Origin: Acidobacteriota bacterium
GTDB lineage: Bacteria; Acidobacteriota; UBA6911; RPQK01; JAJDTT01
NCBI GenBank assembly: GCA_965263035.1
Contig: OZ253580.1
Location: 4,864,001-4,928,000 of the forward strand
Direction of reading: 5' to 3'
DNA length: 64,000 nt
Below are positions 55,402 through 64,000 of this stretch, in pieces. A program made the position numbers and the translations under genes. The notes beneath the pieces are model-generated. The model worked only from the letters and a program-made list of their open reading frames with translations, was not told the DNA's origin and searched no databases. Numbering within the stretch: the first letter of the stretch is position 1; each line of letters begins with the position of its first letter.

Positions 55402-56648
55402 GTGAAAGGACTCAAGAAAGCCGGTGGCAACTGGGTCGACGGAGACCGATTTTTCGACCGGGAGGCCGAACTCGAGGCATTGAGTGAACGTGTCGGGGAA
55501 GGAACCCACACTTTGCTGACGGCGCAGCGCCGGATGGGCAAGACGAGCCTGGTGAGGGAACTGCTGCGTCGTCTGGCGGACGAAAGAAAATTCAAACCAT
55601 TTTCGTCGATCTCGAAGGCGCAGACGACTCCGCGGACGCCGTCGCCGAGATTGCAATCCAGGCACGATCAGTCCGGACCGTCTGGAGCCGCATCAGGTCC
55701 GGTTTCGCAAACTTCCTGAAAGGCGTTGGCGATCGGGTCGAAGCATTGGAAGTCGCCGATGTGAAGGTCAGGTTACGCGCCGGAATCGATGCCGGAAACT
55801 GGCGCCAGCGAGGTGATCAGATTTTCACTGCACTTGCATTGAGCGAGAAACCAGTCGTTCCGGCAATCGATGAGTTGCCGATCCTCATCAACAGACTGCT
55901 CAAGGGTCAGGACTACCGGATCACGCCGGAACGGCGGGAGGCAGCAGACCAGTTCTTGAGTTGGCTGCGCAAAAATGGGCAGACCCATCGGGGCGGCGTA
56001 TCCATGATCGTATCGGGCAGCGTCGGTCTCGAACCCATTCTCAAACAAGCTGGTCTCAGCGCGCAGGCGAATATCTTTTCGTCGTTCGAGTTGAAACCCT
56101 GGAGCCAGGACACTTCCGTCAAATGTCTCGACGCATTGGCGTGTATGTACGGTTTGGAACTATCCCGTGAGGTCCGATGCGAGATGTGCCGCCTTCTCCG
56201 ATGCTGCGTGCCCCACCACGTGCAGCAGTTTTTCGGCCATCTTCATGAACAATTGCGCCGGAACAGAAGACATATGGCGACAGTTGCCGATGTCGGCCAT
56301 GTGTATGAGCAGGACCTGCTCAGCGTCGGGGGGCAGATCGATCTGGAGCACTATGAGAGTCGACTGAGGATGATTCTCGGGAGTCAAAGCTACAAGACCG
56401 CCCTCAGCCTATTGACGGAGGCTGCGGTAAACGATGGACTGCTGAAGCGGGAATCGATCGAGAGGTATCGCACCGAACTTTCTTCAGGTCCCGTGGACTC
56501 GGCCTCAATCGACGATGTCCTGTACACCCTGGAGCATGATGGCTATCTGGCCGCCCAACCCGGCGGCTACCGGTTCGTGTCGGGTCTGCTTGAAGACTGG
56601 TGGAAGGCCCGACACGGTGCGTACTTCATTCCGATCAACAAGCGATGA
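55402..56648 (+). pseudogene. AAA+/STAND-like ATP-binding protein, frameshifted near 55595
   Basis: Frame 1 gives FFDREAEL...TAQRRMGKTS (Walker A). The alternative frame continues TIFVDLEG...AIDELP (Walker B)...SGSVGL...LEHDGYL..YRFVSGLLEDWW. Confidence 0.8.
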
Positions 56649-58246
56649 TCGAAACCAAGGGTCGAGTGATGAGAACACCTGCCCCAAAATACAATCCGGG
56701 GTTTCTGACCGACGACGAACTGGTGACATCATTCTGTGTACGGACCAACGAAGTTGAATCGATCATCGAGACCCTGAGCGAGAGCACCGGAAACTCGAAT
56801 CCACACATGATCGTCGTCGGTCCGCGGGGCAGCGGCAAGACTCACCTGTTGCTGCGCGTGGCGGTCGAGATACGGCGCAATTCCAAGTTGGCGAGGTTCT
56901 TTCCCGTTGTATTCGCCGAAGAGAGTTACGAGGTCACGACCTGCGGTGAGTTCTGGTTGGAATGCCTGGGTCGTCTCGCGGATCAGGCACCGCACGCGGA
57001 TGGCGTGGATTTGCACCGTACCTACGAAGACCTGAGATCCAGTCCGGACGACCGCATCTTGGCGGAGCGGTGCCTCGGGGTGCTCCTGGATTTTGCCGAC
57101 CGTCACAGTCAACGCCTGGTGCTGATGGTCGAGAATCTGAACATGTTGTTCGCGGACATGCTCGACCCGGACGCGGGATGGCGGTTGCGAAAGACATTCC
57201 AGACCGAGCCTCGGATTTTTTTTCTGGGTAGCGCCACCAGCCGTTTTGAGGAGATCGACCATCCGGAAAGTGCTCTCTATGCCTTCTTTCGGATGATCAC
57301 GCTGCATGCGCTCGACACGAGTGAGTGCGCAGCCCTTTGGCAGACCGTATCCGGAGAATCTGCTGCCTCGCGGACGATCAGGGCGCTACAGATTCTCACT
57401 GGCGGCAGCCCCCGCTTGCTCACCATCGTCGCTCGGTTCGGGGGGGGGCAATCATTACGTGAACTAATGGTTAACTTGCTCGATCTTGTCGATGATCACA
57501 CGGAGTATTTCAAGAGTCATCTCGACTCATTGCCGGTCCAGGAACGACGCGTGTACCTGGCACTTGCCAGGCTGTGGAAGCCGGCGGCCACGAAGGAAAT
57601 CGCCGACTTGTCCCGGCTCGACACGAACCGTTGCAGCGCTCTGCTCCGGCGTCTCGTCCAGCGCGGTGCAGTGATCATCAAAGGAGGAACCGCCCGGCGC
57701 AGGCAGTACTATGTGGCCGAGCGTCTGTACAACATCTACTACTTGCTCCGTCGAGGCGCCGGAGTATCGTCCACGGTGGAAACTCTGATTCAGTTCATGG
57801 TGTCGTACTATTCGCCCGTCGAGTTGCCGGATGCGGGCGAGGCCTTCGCGGCCGAGGCCGGAGTGACCTATCGCCGGAGAAGAGATGTCGCCCGGTTCAA
57901 GATCGGACCTCCCTCTGACCTTCTGGGGCCCGACTCAGATTCGAAAGACCCCCCGGGACGAGTGGGAATTGTCGGTGAGAATGAGGTCTCAACGCTTCTG
58001 GCGTGCCTTCCAGAGATGCACAGTTTGCCCGAAGGCTGCGTGTCGGTATTTATCCAATTTGCCGCCGTGGCTGGCCCCGCGCGTGCGCTTGATTTGATTC
58101 AAGAATCACTGTCTGCAAACCGATTGCTACCACTGGTCACGGCGTTGGAACAGATGCTTGGCCGGTCGCCCCAGGTCGCGCGGGAGGTCGAAGAGATCGC
58201 GGCTGACATTCGAATGGAACTGGCGGAAACGATGACCCCCACTTGA
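56645..58246 (+). CDS. AAA+/STAND-like ATPase with winged-helix domain
   Basis: KYNPGFL, GPRGSGKT, LMVENL, TGGSPRL, wHTH (ATKEIADLSRLDTNRCSALLRRLVQRG); ATGA-coupled to the upstream gene. Confidence 0.8.
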   Translation: MIETKGRVMRTPAPKYNPGFLTDDELVTSFCVRTNEVESIIETLSESTGNSNPHMIVVGPRGSGKTHLLLRVAVEIRRNSKLARFFPVVFAEESYEVTTCGEFWLECLGRLADQAPHADGVDLHRTYEDLRSSPDDRILAERCLGVLLDFADRHSQRLVLMVENLNMLFADMLDPDAGWRLRKTFQTEPRIFFLGSATSRFEEIDHPESALYAFFRMITLHALDTSECAALWQTVSGESAASRTIRALQILTGGSPRLLTIVARFGGGQSLRELMVNLLDLVDDHTEYFKSHLDSLPVQERRVYLALARLWKPAATKEIADLSRLDTNRCSALLRRLVQRGAVIIKGGTARRRQYYVAERLYNIYYLLRRGAGVSSTVETLIQFMVSYYSPVELPDAGEAFAAEAGVTYRRRRDVARFKIGPPSDLLGPDSDSKDPPGRVGIVGENEVSTLLACLPEMHSLPEGCVSVFIQFAAVAGPARALDLIQESLSANRLLPLVTALEQMLGRSPQVAREVEEIAADIRMELAETMTPT

Positions 58247-58347
58247 CCCCCAGCCGGGAGCTCGCAGCGGGGCGAAATACTTCCAGAGACCGGGAATAGC
58301 GGGCGGCGGGCGGTTGTCACGAGGCAACAAGTTGCCTCGACACCCGC

Positions 58348-59820
58348 TCAGGCCAGCGACTGCTCGATCACCTGACCCCGCTGACCGGTGAGGCGCTCTT
58401 CGAGGCCGTGGTAGAAGAAGGTGAGCTTGGTGTGATCCAGGCCCATCAGGTGCAGCACCGTGGCGTGCAGGTCCGAGACGTGGTAGGGGGATTCCACCGC
58501 CTCGAAGCCCAGCTCGTCGGTGGCTCCGATGGCCTGCCCGCCCTTGACCCCGGCGCCGGCCAGCCACATGGTGAACCCGAGCCAGTTGTGGTCGCGTCCC
58601 GGTTTGCCGACGCCCTCGCTGGTGGGGGTCCGCCCGAACTCTCCGCCCCAGATCAGGAGTGTCTCGTCCCAGAGTCCGGTCCGCTTCAGGTCTTCGATCA
58701 GGGCCGCCATGGGCTGGTCGGTCTCGTAGCCGTGGAGGCTGTGGTTCTTGATGCAGTCCACATGGCCGTCCCAGGTGTCCGGGCCGTGCCCGCCTCCCGA
58801 GTAGAGCTGGACGAAACGGACACCCTTCTCGATGAGCCGCCGCGCGATGAGGCACTTGCCGCCGAAGTCGGCGGTGAGACGGTTATTGAGCCCGTACATC
58901 TCCCGGGTCTGCTCGTTCTCCTGTTCCAGGTCCACCACCTCGGAGGCCGTGGTCTGCATCCGGTAAGCCAGTTCGTAGGAATGGATCCGGGCGGCCAGCT
59001 CCGACTCCTGCTCCCGGTTCTTCAGGTGCTTCCGGTTCAGCCGTTGCAGCAGGTTCAGGGAATGGCGCTGGGTCCGCCCGCTGACCTCGTCCGGAGTCGC
59101 CAGGTTCAGGAGTGGACTCCCCTTGCTCCTGAAAAGGGTCCCCTGGAAGGCGGCCGGCATGAAACCGGCGGTCCAGTTGGAGGTCCCTCCGATGGGCCCG
59201 CCGCGGGGATCGGTCATGACCACGAAGCTGGGCAGGTCGTTGCCGAGAGTCCCCAGACCGTAGCTGAGCCAGGAGCCCAGGGAAGGTCTCCCGATGATGA
59301 CGTTGCCCGTGTTCATCTGGATGTTCCCCGAGGCATGGGCCGCCGTGTCCGTGTACAGGGAACGAATGACGCAGAGGTCGTCGGCGAAGCGGGAAAGATG
59401 GGGGTAGACGCTGCTGATCTCCAAGCCGCTCTGGCCGTGTTTCCGGAACTCGAAAGGAGACTGCATGAGGTAGCCGATGGCGCGGTTGTTGGATCCCACC
59501 TTCACCTTCCCCCTGTAAGGGGTGCCGTGGTGCTTGGCCAGGGCCGGCTTGGGGTCGAACAGGTCCACGTGGCTGGGACCGCCGTTCATGAAGAGGAAGA
59601 TGACGTGCTTGGCGCGCGTCGGGAAATGAGGGAGTTTGGGAGCCATGAGCACCGGAGGGGTGCCGTCGGTAGAAGCTCCTTCCAGCCGTCCGAAGAAACC
59701 GTCTGACGAGAGGAGGTCGATGAGGGCCAGCCCGGCGAATCCTCCCCCCGTCTCCCACAGGAACTCTCTTCGGGTCCGGCCACAGGGCGGGTTGTTGGGT
59801 GTGAACCGTTTCGCCTGCAT
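58348..59820 (-). CDS. DUF1501 domain protein, Tat-exported
   Basis: TRREFL, GGPSHVDLFDPKP, WDGH, GEFGRTP, GRDHN. Confidence 0.9.
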   Translation of the reverse strand: MQAKRFTPNNPPCGRTRREFLWETGGGFAGLALIDLLSSDGFFGRLEGASTDGTPPVLMAPKLPHFPTRAKHVIFLFMNGGPSHVDLFDPKPALAKHHGTPYRGKVKVGSNNRAIGYLMQSPFEFRKHGQSGLEISSVYPHLSRFADDLCVIRSLYTDTAAHASGNIQMNTGNVIIGRPSLGSWLSYGLGTLGNDLPSFVVMTDPRGGPIGGTSNWTAGFMPAAFQGTLFRSKGSPLLNLATPDEVSGRTQRHSLNLLQRLNRKHLKNREQESELAARIHSYELAYRMQTTASEVVDLEQENEQTREMYGLNNRLTADFGGKCLIARRLIEKGVRFVQLYSGGGHGPDTWDGHVDCIKNHSLHGYETDQPMAALIEDLKRTGLWDETLLIWGGEFGRTPTSEGVGKPGRDHNWLGFTMWLAGAGVKGGQAIGATDELGFEAVESPYHVSDLHATVLHLMGLDHTKLTFFYHGLEERLTGQRGQVIEQSLA

Positions 59821-59858
59821 CGTTATTCTCCCGGCTGAGCCGTTCTCTCGGCGCCTCC

Positions 59859-62387
59859 TCAGTTGGGGTAGACGAATTCATTCAGGTTGAAGACCACCCG
59901 GCAGAGCTGCACCAGGCTCTTCTCCCGGGCCACGAGCCGGTCCCGATTCCTGGCACTTGTCTCCCACAGGTGAGCCTCCGTTTCCCGATTCAGGAAGTCC
60001 ACCATCTCCCGGTGTTCCAGGGGGGTCGCTCTGCGGCAGAGCGCCAACCGATAGACCAGGTCCACCTGCGCGGCCGGGTCCGGACCCGCCTCCTCCAGGA
60101 CGCGGCGGGCCAGGTGCAGGGCCTGCCCGTTGGCGAAGTCTCCGTTGAAGAGGGTCAGAGCCTGGGGAGCAATGCTGGTCACCGGCCGCTGGGCGGAGCT
60201 CCGGGTCGTGTCGCAGAAGTCCAGGACCTCCAGCATGGGGATGAGCATGGAGCGCTTGACGAAGGCGTAGACGGTCCTGCGGCTGGCTTCCCGATCATCG
60301 GAAGTGTGCCAGATCTTGTCCGGGTCCGGGTGCCCCTCCAGTGCGGCCTCCGGAATGGGCGGCACCATGCTGGGTCCGTACATCTTCCGATTGAGCTGTC
60401 CGCTGGCCGCCAGCATCGAATCCCGTATGGCCTCCGCCTCCAGGCGCCGGTAGTGGACCCGCCAGAGGAGGCGGTTCTCCGGGTCCGCCTCCAGGTACTC
60501 GTCCACCGGCGTCTTGTCCATGCGGTAGGTGTTGCTGGTCATGATCAGGGTGTGGAGCTTCTTGAGGGACCAGCCCTCCTGGATGAAGCGGCCGGCCAGC
60601 CAGTCCAGGAGCTCGGGATGGCTGGGCCGGTCTCCCATGGCCCCGAAATCGCCGCCGGTGCGGACCAGTCCCTGGCCCAGGTGCTGTTGCCAGACCCGGT
60701 TGACCAGGACCCGTGCGGTGAGGGGGTTCTCGGAGTTGGCGATCCAGCGGGCCAGGGCCAGTCTCCTCCCGCTGCTGTCGCCGTTGGAGGAGAAGGCGGG
60801 TTGGGACGTGACCAGGGCCTCGGGCAGCACGGGAGGAGCCACCTCGCCGGGACTGGCGGCGCGGCCCCGCAGCAGCACGTGGACCACTTCCGGGGGCTTC
60901 GACTCGTGGAGAAAGTAGCCGCGGTCCAGATCGGGGGAGGAACGGCGAACCAGGTCGATCCGGGCTTCCAACGCGGCGATCCCCTCCACCAGTTCAGGTG
61001 AGAGGGCCTGGGCGGTCTCGGTGATCATTTCCGAGAAGTATTGCCCGGCCAGGCGCTTCTGCTCCTCCGTTCTCTTCTTGACCTCCTCCAGCAGGGCCGC
61101 GACGGCCTGCTCCGGAATTCCGCTCCGCCCCGATCGAAGGAACTCGATCCGGAAGTCTTCCCGCAGCTTGTCGATCCGGGCTTCCAGCTCCTGGATTCGA
61201 TGGTCCTTCTCCGCCTGCTGCGTCAGTTGGGCGTGGTCTCCCACCGGGAGGCTGTCTTCGCGGCGTCCGGTCTGGGACCGGCGCAGGCCGTTGAAGAGGG
61301 CCGCCATTCCGTAATAGTCCTTCTGGGTGAGGGGATCGAACTTGTGGTCGTGGCAGCGGGCGCAACCCATGGTGAGGCCCAGGAAGGCCTCCGAGGTGGT
61401 TCGGACCACGTCATCCAGCTGATCGAAGCGGTCCTGGTCGAAGTCGGCCGGCTCGTCGTCCCAGGGACCCAAGCGGTTGAAGCCCAGCGCGACATGAGTC
61501 TCGGCGGTGGCGTCGTCCAGCTCGTCTCCGGCCAATTGCTCCAGAATGAAGCGGTCGTAGGGCTTGTCCCGGTTCAGGGATCGGATCACGTAGTCCCGGT
61601 ACTTCCACACCTCCGGTTTGGTGGCGTCCCGCTCGTAACCGTTGGTCTCGGCGTAGCGGACCACGTCCAGCCAGTGCCGGCCCCATCGCTCTCCGTATCC
61701 CGGCCGATCCAGAAGCTCACCGACCAGGCGGTCGAACTGCTCCGGCGAACTCTGCTTCAGGAACTCCTGCTGTTCCCGGGGAGTCGGAGGCAGGCCGACG
61801 AGGTCGAGGTAGATACGCCGCAACAGGGCCTCGTTACCCGCCGGAGGAGACGGCTTCCAGCCCCGCGCCTCCAGCTTGGCCAGGACGAAGGAGTCGATGG
61901 GGTTTCGGACCCAGCCGGCGTTCTTCACCGCTGGGACCGCGGGTGAAGCCAGCGGTTGAAACGACCAGTGATCCTTGCCGTCCGCCGCCGGCCTCGAGTC
62001 GGCCGACTCGGTGTAGTCGGCGCCGGCGTCGATCCAGGTCCGGAGCAGCCCGATCTCCTCGGAAGTGAGCCGATCACCGGTCTTGGGCATGATCCGGTCG
62101 GGGTCCAGACCGGCCACGGTCCGGATCAGGAGACTCTGGGCGCTGTCGCCGGGGATCACCGAGGGAAGGCCCGAGTCTCCCCCCTTGAGGGCGTGGCTGC
62201 GCTCGTCCAGCCGCAGTCCGCTCAACTGGACGTTGGCGCCGTGACAGGCGAAGCAGCGGTCCCGGAGGATCGGTTCGACTTGCCGGGAAAAGTCCACGTC
62301 GGTGGTCGCCGGTGGAGGGAGATCCCGATTCCCGGCGACGGCCGGGGCGACCGACAGGAGCAGCAACAACCCGAGCGGATTAAACAT
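59859..62387 (-). CDS. Planctomycete cytochrome c / DUF1549 / DUF1553 protein
   Basis: CFACHG, YGERWGRHWLD, CARCHDHKFDP, NPLTARVLVNRVW. Confidence 0.9.
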   Translation of the reverse strand: MFNPLGLLLLLSVAPAVAGNRDLPPPATTDVDFSRQVEPILRDRCFACHGANVQLSGLRLDERSHALKGGDSGLPSVIPGDSAQSLLIRTVAGLDPDRIMPKTGDRLTSEEIGLLRTWIDAGADYTESADSRPAADGKDHWSFQPLASPAVPAVKNAGWVRNPIDSFVLAKLEARGWKPSPPAGNEALLRRIYLDLVGLPPTPREQQEFLKQSSPEQFDRLVGELLDRPGYGERWGRHWLDVVRYAETNGYERDATKPEVWKYRDYVIRSLNRDKPYDRFILEQLAGDELDDATAETHVALGFNRLGPWDDEPADFDQDRFDQLDDVVRTTSEAFLGLTMGCARCHDHKFDPLTQKDYYGMAALFNGLRRSQTGRREDSLPVGDHAQLTQQAEKDHRIQELEARIDKLREDFRIEFLRSGRSGIPEQAVAALLEEVKKRTEEQKRLAGQYFSEMITETAQALSPELVEGIAALEARIDLVRRSSPDLDRGYFLHESKPPEVVHVLLRGRAASPGEVAPPVLPEALVTSQPAFSSNGDSSGRRLALARWIANSENPLTARVLVNRVWQQHLGQGLVRTGGDFGAMGDRPSHPELLDWLAGRFIQEGWSLKKLHTLIMTSNTYRMDKTPVDEYLEADPENRLLWRVHYRRLEAEAIRDSMLAASGQLNRKMYGPSMVPPIPEAALEGHPDPDKIWHTSDDREASRRTVYAFVKRSMLIPMLEVLDFCDTTRSSAQRPVTSIAPQALTLFNGDFANGQALHLARRVLEEAGPDPAAQVDLVYRLALCRRATPLEHREMVDFLNRETEAHLWETSARNRDRLVAREKSLVQLCRVVFNLNEFVYPN

Positions 62388-62603
62388 TCAGGTGCTCTGG
62401 GATGAGACGGACCAGTAAATTGACGATGCCGCAGGTATTCTAGCAGTGCCCGGTGAAGGTCGCCAAGACGTGCGACCCATGCCGAAGCTCTACGGACCCT
62501 GTCAACGCAGGGCCGAAACGGCTGGTGGAGTCTGCCGCTGGCAGGATTCGGGACGAAAGATCGTAGTAGACTGGAAAGGCAAGAGGCTCGATTCTCTGTG
62601 GCT

Positions 62604-64000
62604 ATGAAGCACTTGGATCCCACGAAGCTGAAAGGCTGGCAGGTGGCCGAGGCGGCAGAGAGGTCGGCCCAGCCAATCGACCGATTGGGTTCGGAACTGG
62701 GCCTTCGGGCGGCGGAGTTGATTCCCGCCGGCCGTGGACTCGCGAAGGTGGATCACCGGGCAGTCATGGGACGGCTCGGAGGCTCCACCCGCGGGCGGTA
62801 CATTGACGTGACCGCCATCACACCCACCCCTTTGGGAGAAGGAAAGACCACCACCACCATCGGACTGGTGCAGGGCCTGGCCCGGATCGGCTGCCGAGTG
62901 GCGGGCGCCATCCGCCAGCCCAGCGGCGGACCCACCTTCAACCTCAAGGGGTCCGGCGCCGGCGGCGGCCTTTCCCAGTGCATTCCCCTGGCCCCTCTGT
63001 CGGTCCGGCTCACCGGAGACCTGGATTCCATCACCAATGCCCACAATCTGGCCATGGTGGCCCTCACGGCCAGGATGCAGCACGAGCGCAACTACGACGA
63101 CCGCAAGCTGGAGTCGCTGGGCCTGAGTCGTCTCGACCTCGATCCCGACCGGGTGGAGATGAAGTGGGCCATCGATTTCTGTGCCCAGTCCCTGCGCCGG
63201 ATCAACATCGGGAACGGCGGCAAGATGGACGGCTATCCCATGGAGTCGGGCTTCCAGATCACCGCCTCCAGCGAGCTCATGGCGATTCTGGCCGTTTCCC
63301 GGAACCTGTCGGATCTGCGGGACCGGATCGGCAAGATCGTCGTGGCCTGGGACCGCCGGGGAAGGGAAGTCACCACCGCCGACCTGGAGGTGGACGGGGC
63401 CATGACGGCCTGGATGACCGACGCGGTCCATCCCAACCTGCTCCAGACCATCGAAGGGCAGCCCATGCTGGTTCACGCGGGTCCCTTCGCCAACATCGCC
63501 CTGGGTCAGAGCTCCGTCATCGCCGACCGGATGGGAACCCTCCTGACCGACTATCTGGTCACCGAAAGCGGGTTCGGATCCGACATCGGTTACGAGAAGT
63601 TCTGGAACCTCAAATGCCGGTACTCCGGACTCCGGCCCGACGCGGTGGTGCTGGTGGCCACGATCCGCGCCCTCAAGAGCCACGGGGGCGGGCCTCGGGT
63701 GCGTCCCGGCCAGCCTCTGGATCCGGCCTACATCGAGGAGAACCTGGAGCTGGTGGAAAGAGGTTGCTCCAATCTGCTGGCCCACATCGACATCGTCCGG
63801 AAGAGCGGCATACAACCGGTGGTCTGCGTCAATCGGTTCGTGACCGATTCCGACGAGGAGATCGCCGTGGTGAAGCGGATCGCCGGTGCGGCCGGGGCTC
63901 CCTTCGCCATGTCGGACCACTGGCTCAAGGGAGGCGAGGGGGCCGTGGAATTGGCCGAGGCGGTGGTGGCGGCCTGCGAGCGGAAGCAGGATTTCCGGTT
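62604..64000 (+). CDS. fhs: Formate--tetrahydrofolate ligase, 3' end runs off the window
   Basis: Not in the ORF track because it is open at the window edge. Manual translation: VTAITPTPLGEGKTTTTIGL, IRQPSGGPTFNLKG, GFQITASSELMA, VHAGPFANIA, VTESGFGSDIGYEKF. Confidence 0.95.
   Translation, partial: MKHLDPTKLKGWQVAEAAERSAQPIDRLGSELGLRAAELIPAGRGLAKVDHRAVMGRLGGSTRGRYIDVTAITPTPLGEGKTTTTIGLVQGLARIGCRVAGAIRQPSGGPTFNLKGSGAGGGLSQCIPLAPLSVRLTGDLDSITNAHNLAMVALTARMQHERNYDDRKLESLGLSRLDLDPDRVEMKWAIDFCAQSLRRINIGNGGKMDGYPMESGFQITASSELMAILAVSRNLSDLRDRIGKIVVAWDRRGREVTTADLEVDGAMTAWMTDAVHPNLLQTIEGQPMLVHAGPFANIALGQSSVIADRMGTLLTDYLVTESGFGSDIGYEKFWNLKCRYSGLRPDAVVLVATIRALKSHGGGPRVRPGQPLDPAYIEENLELVERGCSNLLAHIDIVRKSGIQPVVCVNRFVTDSDEEIAVVKRIAGAAGAPFAMSDHWLKGGEGAVELAEAVVAACERKQDFR

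Noticed and set aside
1-64000. tRNA, rRNA or tmRNA genes
   Set aside because: No cloverleaf or rRNA-like segment was recognised in any intergenic region by eye.

Overview
GC-rich bacterial window whose gene content (Oar-like TonB-dependent receptors, CRTAC1/ASPIC-UnbV, PQQ-like propellers, DUF1549/DUF1553 + DUF1501 pairs) suggests Acidobacteriota (inference). The main feature is a ~9.3 kb integrated element at ~14291-23619, with all genes on the minus strand. It encodes a Cre-type tyrosine recombinase, terminase large subunit, HNH nuclease, HK97-type capsid, prohead protease, head-tail connector and portal, but no tail, lysis, primase or recognisable small terminase genes. It looks like a capsid-forming phage satellite with an unusual gene order. 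It is bounded by an imperfect 15-bp direct repeat, and two face-to-face sigma54 (-24/-12) consensus motifs sit just upstream of the capsid operon. Other accessory signals: a tandem TonB-receptor duplication with a 242-bp MITE whose empty site is visible in the paralogous copy; a 2OG-Fe(II) oxygenase islet flanked by a 77-bp duplication of a DUF1501 gene end; a frameshifted two-gene STAND-like ATPase module; an amidohydrolase-fold + Rieske (putative dinuclear oxygenase) operon; REP-like palindromes; and small gene remnants. Housekeeping genes are tyrS and fhs (partial). No tRNA, rRNA or CRISPR array was seen. All calls come from motif recognition by eye; no database searches were run.
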